This document shows, piece by piece, positions 61,267-64,000 of a stretch of DNA of 64,000 nucleotides. Origin of the DNA: Chitinophagales bacterium (GTDB lineage: Bacteria > Bacillota > UBA5301 > DYFA01); NCBI GenBank assembly GCA_050260095.1, contig JBLNBQ010000142.1, positions 7,423-71,422 on the forward strand, given 5' to 3'. The translations under genes and the position numbers were made by a program. Each line of letters opens with the position of its first letter. Position 1 is the first letter of the stretch. The notes below the pieces were generated by a model. It was given only the letters and a program-made list of their open reading frames with translations. It searched no databases and was not told where the DNA came from.

Positions 61267-62791
61267 GCGGACCACGACCCCCTGGGTCGAACTGGCGGTC
61301 GGAGCCGGAGCCGCGACGCTGATCTTCCTCATCAAGCAGGGGATCGACGTCACCCCGCTCTTCCTGTTGAGCGGCGGCTTCCTGCTCCTGCGGATGGTGA
61401 CGGACGGCAAGGGACTGCCCGGCAACCTCTCGGCCTCCCGGCACTACCAGGTGGTGGAGAACAAGGGCCAGAGCGCGGTGGGCGGCGGCATCAGCTTCGA
61501 CGACATCGGCGGCCAGGAGGTGGCCAAGCGGGAGTTCGTCGAGGCGCTCAACTTCATCCGCGACAGCGAGCTGGTGAACGAGCTGGGAATCCGCCCGCTC
61601 AAGGGCATCCTGCTCTCCGGACCTCCCGGGACGGGCAAGACGCTGCTGGCGAAGGCAGCCGCCAACTACACGGACTCCGCGTTCGTGGCGTCGTCGGGCT
61701 CGGAGTTCGTTGAGATGTATGCCGGGGTCGGCGCGCAGCGGGTGCGGCAGCTCTTCGCCCGGGCACGGTCGCTGGCGACCGCTCAGGGGAAGAAGAACGC
61801 CATCGTCTTCATCGACGAGATCGACGTGCTCGGCGGGCGGCGCGGCCAGCCGGCGAGCCACCACGAGTACGACCAGACCCTGAACCAGCTCCTGGTGGAG
61901 ATGGACGGGCTCTCGGCGAAAGATGCCGTGCGCGTCCTGGTGGTCGCGGCGACCAACCGGGCGGACATCCTCGATCCGGCCCTGCTGCGTCCCGGCCGCT
62001 TCGACCGTCTCGTGAAGGTGGACCTTCCCGACCGCGAGGGGCGCCTGCACATCCTGCGGCTGCACGCGCGCAACAAGCCGCTGGCGGCAGGAGTCGACCT
62101 GGCGGCGGTGGCCCGGGAGACCTTCGGGTTCTCCGGCGCCCACCTCGAAAGCGTCATGAACGAAGCCGCCATCCTGGCCTGGCGAGACCATCGCAAGGAG
62201 ATCCAGGAGCGCGACTTGCACGAGGCCATCGAGAAGGTCATGATGGGCGAGAAGCTCGCCCGGCGCCCCGGCAGCAAGGAGCAGCGGCGGATCGCCTACC
62301 ACGAGGCGGGCCACGCCGTCGTGAGCGAGGTGCTCAGGCCGGGGTCGGTGAGCGCCGTGACGGTCACTTCCCGGGGTGGGGCGCTGGGCTACATGCGGCA
62401 GTCGCCCCAGGACGACCAGTACCTCTACACCAAGGAGGAACTGCTCGACCAGATCGCCGTGGCCGTCGCGGGGGCCGCGGCCGAGGAGACCTTCTTCGGC
62501 GGCCGGTCCACCGGTTCGACCGGCGACTTCCAGCAGGCCGTCAAACTGGCCAAGCAGGTGGTGATCGCCGGGATGTCGCACCTGGGCGTGGTTAGCGAGG
62601 AGACTCTGCCCGACCGCCTGCTGCATGAGGCGCAGAGCAACCTCATCCACGAGCAGGTGGAGCGGGCTCGGAGAATCATCGAGGAACACCGCGCCGGGCT
62701 GGAGCGGGTCGTCGCTCACCTGAGCGAGGAGGAACGCATCGACGGCGACGCCTTCCGCGAGGCGCTGGCCCTCCCGGTCGCCGCGGCCTGA
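61250..62791 (+). CDS. FtsH-family ATP-dependent zinc metalloprotease paralog lacking the periplasmic domain
   Basis: Two closely spaced N-terminal TMs, AAA+ module (GPPGTGKT, DEID, SRH), M41 peptidase with HEAGH and downstream AAEE zinc ligand; only 513 aa; start GTG 61250 or ATG 61259. Confidence 0.85.
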   Translation: MTSMRKRTTTPWVELAVGAGAATLIFLIKQGIDVTPLFLLSGGFLLLRMVTDGKGLPGNLSASRHYQVVENKGQSAVGGGISFDDIGGQEVAKREFVEALNFIRDSELVNELGIRPLKGILLSGPPGTGKTLLAKAAANYTDSAFVASSGSEFVEMYAGVGAQRVRQLFARARSLATAQGKKNAIVFIDEIDVLGGRRGQPASHHEYDQTLNQLLVEMDGLSAKDAVRVLVVAATNRADILDPALLRPGRFDRLVKVDLPDREGRLHILRLHARNKPLAAGVDLAAVARETFGFSGAHLESVMNEAAILAWRDHRKEIQERDLHEAIEKVMMGEKLARRPGSKEQRRIAYHEAGHAVVSEVLRPGSVSAVTVTSRGGALGYMRQSPQDDQYLYTKEELLDQIAVAVAGAAAEETFFGGRSTGSTGDFQQAVKLAKQVVIAGMSHLGVVSEETLPDRLLHEAQSNLIHEQVERARRIIEEHRAGLERVVAHLSEEERIDGDAFREALALPVAAA

Positions 62792-62850
62792 GCAGGCGCG
62801 GGGGAGGGATGCCGCCTTGCGCCGAGAAGTCTACCCGGCGGGTGAGCGCG

Positions 62851-64000
62851 ATGAAGGCAGAGATTCTGACGACCGGTTCCGAACTGATGCTGGGGGAGAT
62901 CACCGATACGAACGAGGTGTTCCTCTCCCGGCGCCTTGCTGAGCTTGGGGTGCAGGTGACCCGGCGGACCTCGGTGGGGGACGAGCCGGGCCTGCTGCGC
63001 CGGGCCGTGGCCCAGGCGCTGCACGACCACGACCTTGTGGTGGTGAGCGGCGGGCTCGGTCCGACCCAGGACGACCTGACAATCGAAGCGATCGCTGACG
63101 TCTTGGGCCTGCCCCTCGTGGAGGACGCCCTGGCCCGCGGTTGGCTGGAGGCCTGGCTGGCCTCCCGGGGCCGCCCCGTGAGCGAGCAAGCGCTGCGCAT
63201 GGTCCGGATGCCCGCGGGGGCGGTCCCCCTGCAGAATCGCTACGGCACCGCTCCCGGCGTGTGGTGGAGCGGAGACCGGGGCGGCGCCCGCAAGGTCGTG
63301 GTCGCGCTGCCCGGGGTTCCCCGGGAACTGATCGGCCTCTTCACCGAAGAGGTGGCCCCCCGCCTGGCCGGCCTGGGGCTGGGAGTGATCCGTTCCGAGA
63401 CGCTCCACCTGGCCGGCGTCCCGGAAAGCGAGGTCGACGCACGGCTGGGTGAGCTGTGGCAGAGCCCCAACCCGACGCTGGGCGTCTGTGTCGGCCATGG
63501 GGTTCTAGACGTTCGCTTCACGGCACGCGCGGCGAGCGGCGCCGAAGCCGACGCACTGCTGGCCTCCTTCGGCCGGAAGGTCCGGGCGGCCCTCGGAGAC
63601 CTGGTCTTCGGTTCCGAAGGCGTCTCCCTGGCGGCCGCCACCGGCAGCCTGCTCCGGCGCTCCGGCAAGCGCCTGGCGGTGGCTGAGTCGTGCACCGGCG
63701 GTCTGATCGGCGACCAGCTCACGGACGTGCCCGGTGCTTCGGAGTACCTCGACCGGGTGCTGGTCGTCTATTCCAACCGGGCCAAGGTCGAACTGCTCGG
63801 CGTGCCCGAGGCCACTCTGGCCGAGTTCGGCGCGGTGAGCGCCGAGACGGCCCGGGCGATGGCCGAAGGCGTGCGCAATCGCAGCGCCGTCGATTTCGGG
63901 CTGGCGGTGACCGGCATCGCCGGGCCCGGGGGCGGCACGGAGCGCAAGCCGGTCGGCCTGGTGTACGTCGCTTTGGCCTCGCCGGAAGGCGTCACCGTCC
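62851..64000 (+). CDS. cinA: competence/damage-inducible protein CinA (3' partial, runs off window end)
   Basis: MKAEILTTGSELMLGEITDTN MoaB-like N-domain, later CinA C-terminal deamidase domain (AESCTGG); no stop before window end. Confidence 0.85.
   Translation, partial: MKAEILTTGSELMLGEITDTNEVFLSRRLAELGVQVTRRTSVGDEPGLLRRAVAQALHDHDLVVVSGGLGPTQDDLTIEAIADVLGLPLVEDALARGWLEAWLASRGRPVSEQALRMVRMPAGAVPLQNRYGTAPGVWWSGDRGGARKVVVALPGVPRELIGLFTEEVAPRLAGLGLGVIRSETLHLAGVPESEVDARLGELWQSPNPTLGVCVGHGVLDVRFTARAASGAEADALLASFGRKVRAALGDLVFGSEGVSLAAATGSLLRRSGKRLAVAESCTGGLIGDQLTDVPGASEYLDRVLVVYSNRAKVELLGVPEATLAEFGAVSAETARAMAEGVRNRSAVDFGLAVTGIAGPGGGTERKPVGLVYVALASPEGVTV

Overview
This is a 64-kb window from a very GC-rich (about 70% GC) endospore-former-like Firmicute genome, of the Symbiobacterium / Thermaerobacter / Limnochordia type. 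That inference rests on Spo0A, RemA and the Bacillus 'ylo' gene order combined with actinobacterial-style GC content. There is no mobile DNA, no CRISPR array and no rRNA; the window is almost entirely core metabolism and cell-cycle genes on the + strand.

- **Pyrimidine operon tail (1-9.9 kb):** pyrB (5' partial), pyrC, pyrF, carA, carB, pyrK, pyrD, pyrE, with stop/start overlaps throughout. An AT-rich internal promoter with a palindromic operator sits before carA.
- **Purine operon (10-24.6 kb):** purE follows pyrE after only 74 bp. It is then interrupted by a GT2 + GT-C (ArnT/PMT-like) glycosyltransferase pair. After a 230-bp leader ending in a terminator/attenuator hairpin comes purB-purC-purS-purQ-purL-purF-purM-purN-purH-purD.
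- **24.8-30.3 kb:** a convergent RqcH/FbpA-like NFACT protein, a secreted TPR protein, a strong intrinsic terminator, and a SERCA-like P-type Ca2+-ATPase.
- **Conserved 'ylo' cluster (30.4-51.2 kb):** yicC, remA, gmk, rpoZ, coaBC, priA, def, fmt, rsmB, rlmN, PP2C, PknB/PrkC, rsgA, rpe, carrying lineage-specific insertions. These are an actinobacterial mIHF-like gene, DUF116 plus a zinc peptidase, spo0A with a divergently transcribed tRNA-Pro(CGG), and an actinobacterial-style FhaA-FhaB-PP2C-RodA-PBP-PknB cassette.
- **Minus-strand pair (51.1-54.0 kb):** an SNF2-family helicase translationally coupled (ATGA overlap) to an uncharacterised 349-aa protein that overlaps the 3' end of rpe convergently.
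- **54.2-64 kb:** a glnQHMP-like amino-acid ABC transporter, a HAD phosphatase, cob(I)alamin adenosyltransferase, rimO, pgsA, then a small membrane protein plus an FtsH paralog lacking the periplasmic domain, inserted before cinA (3' partial).

Many long antisense ORFs in the six-frame track are artefacts of high GC content. Start codons were refined using stop/start overlaps and RBS positions. Coordinates of RNA and regulatory features may be off by 1-2 nt.
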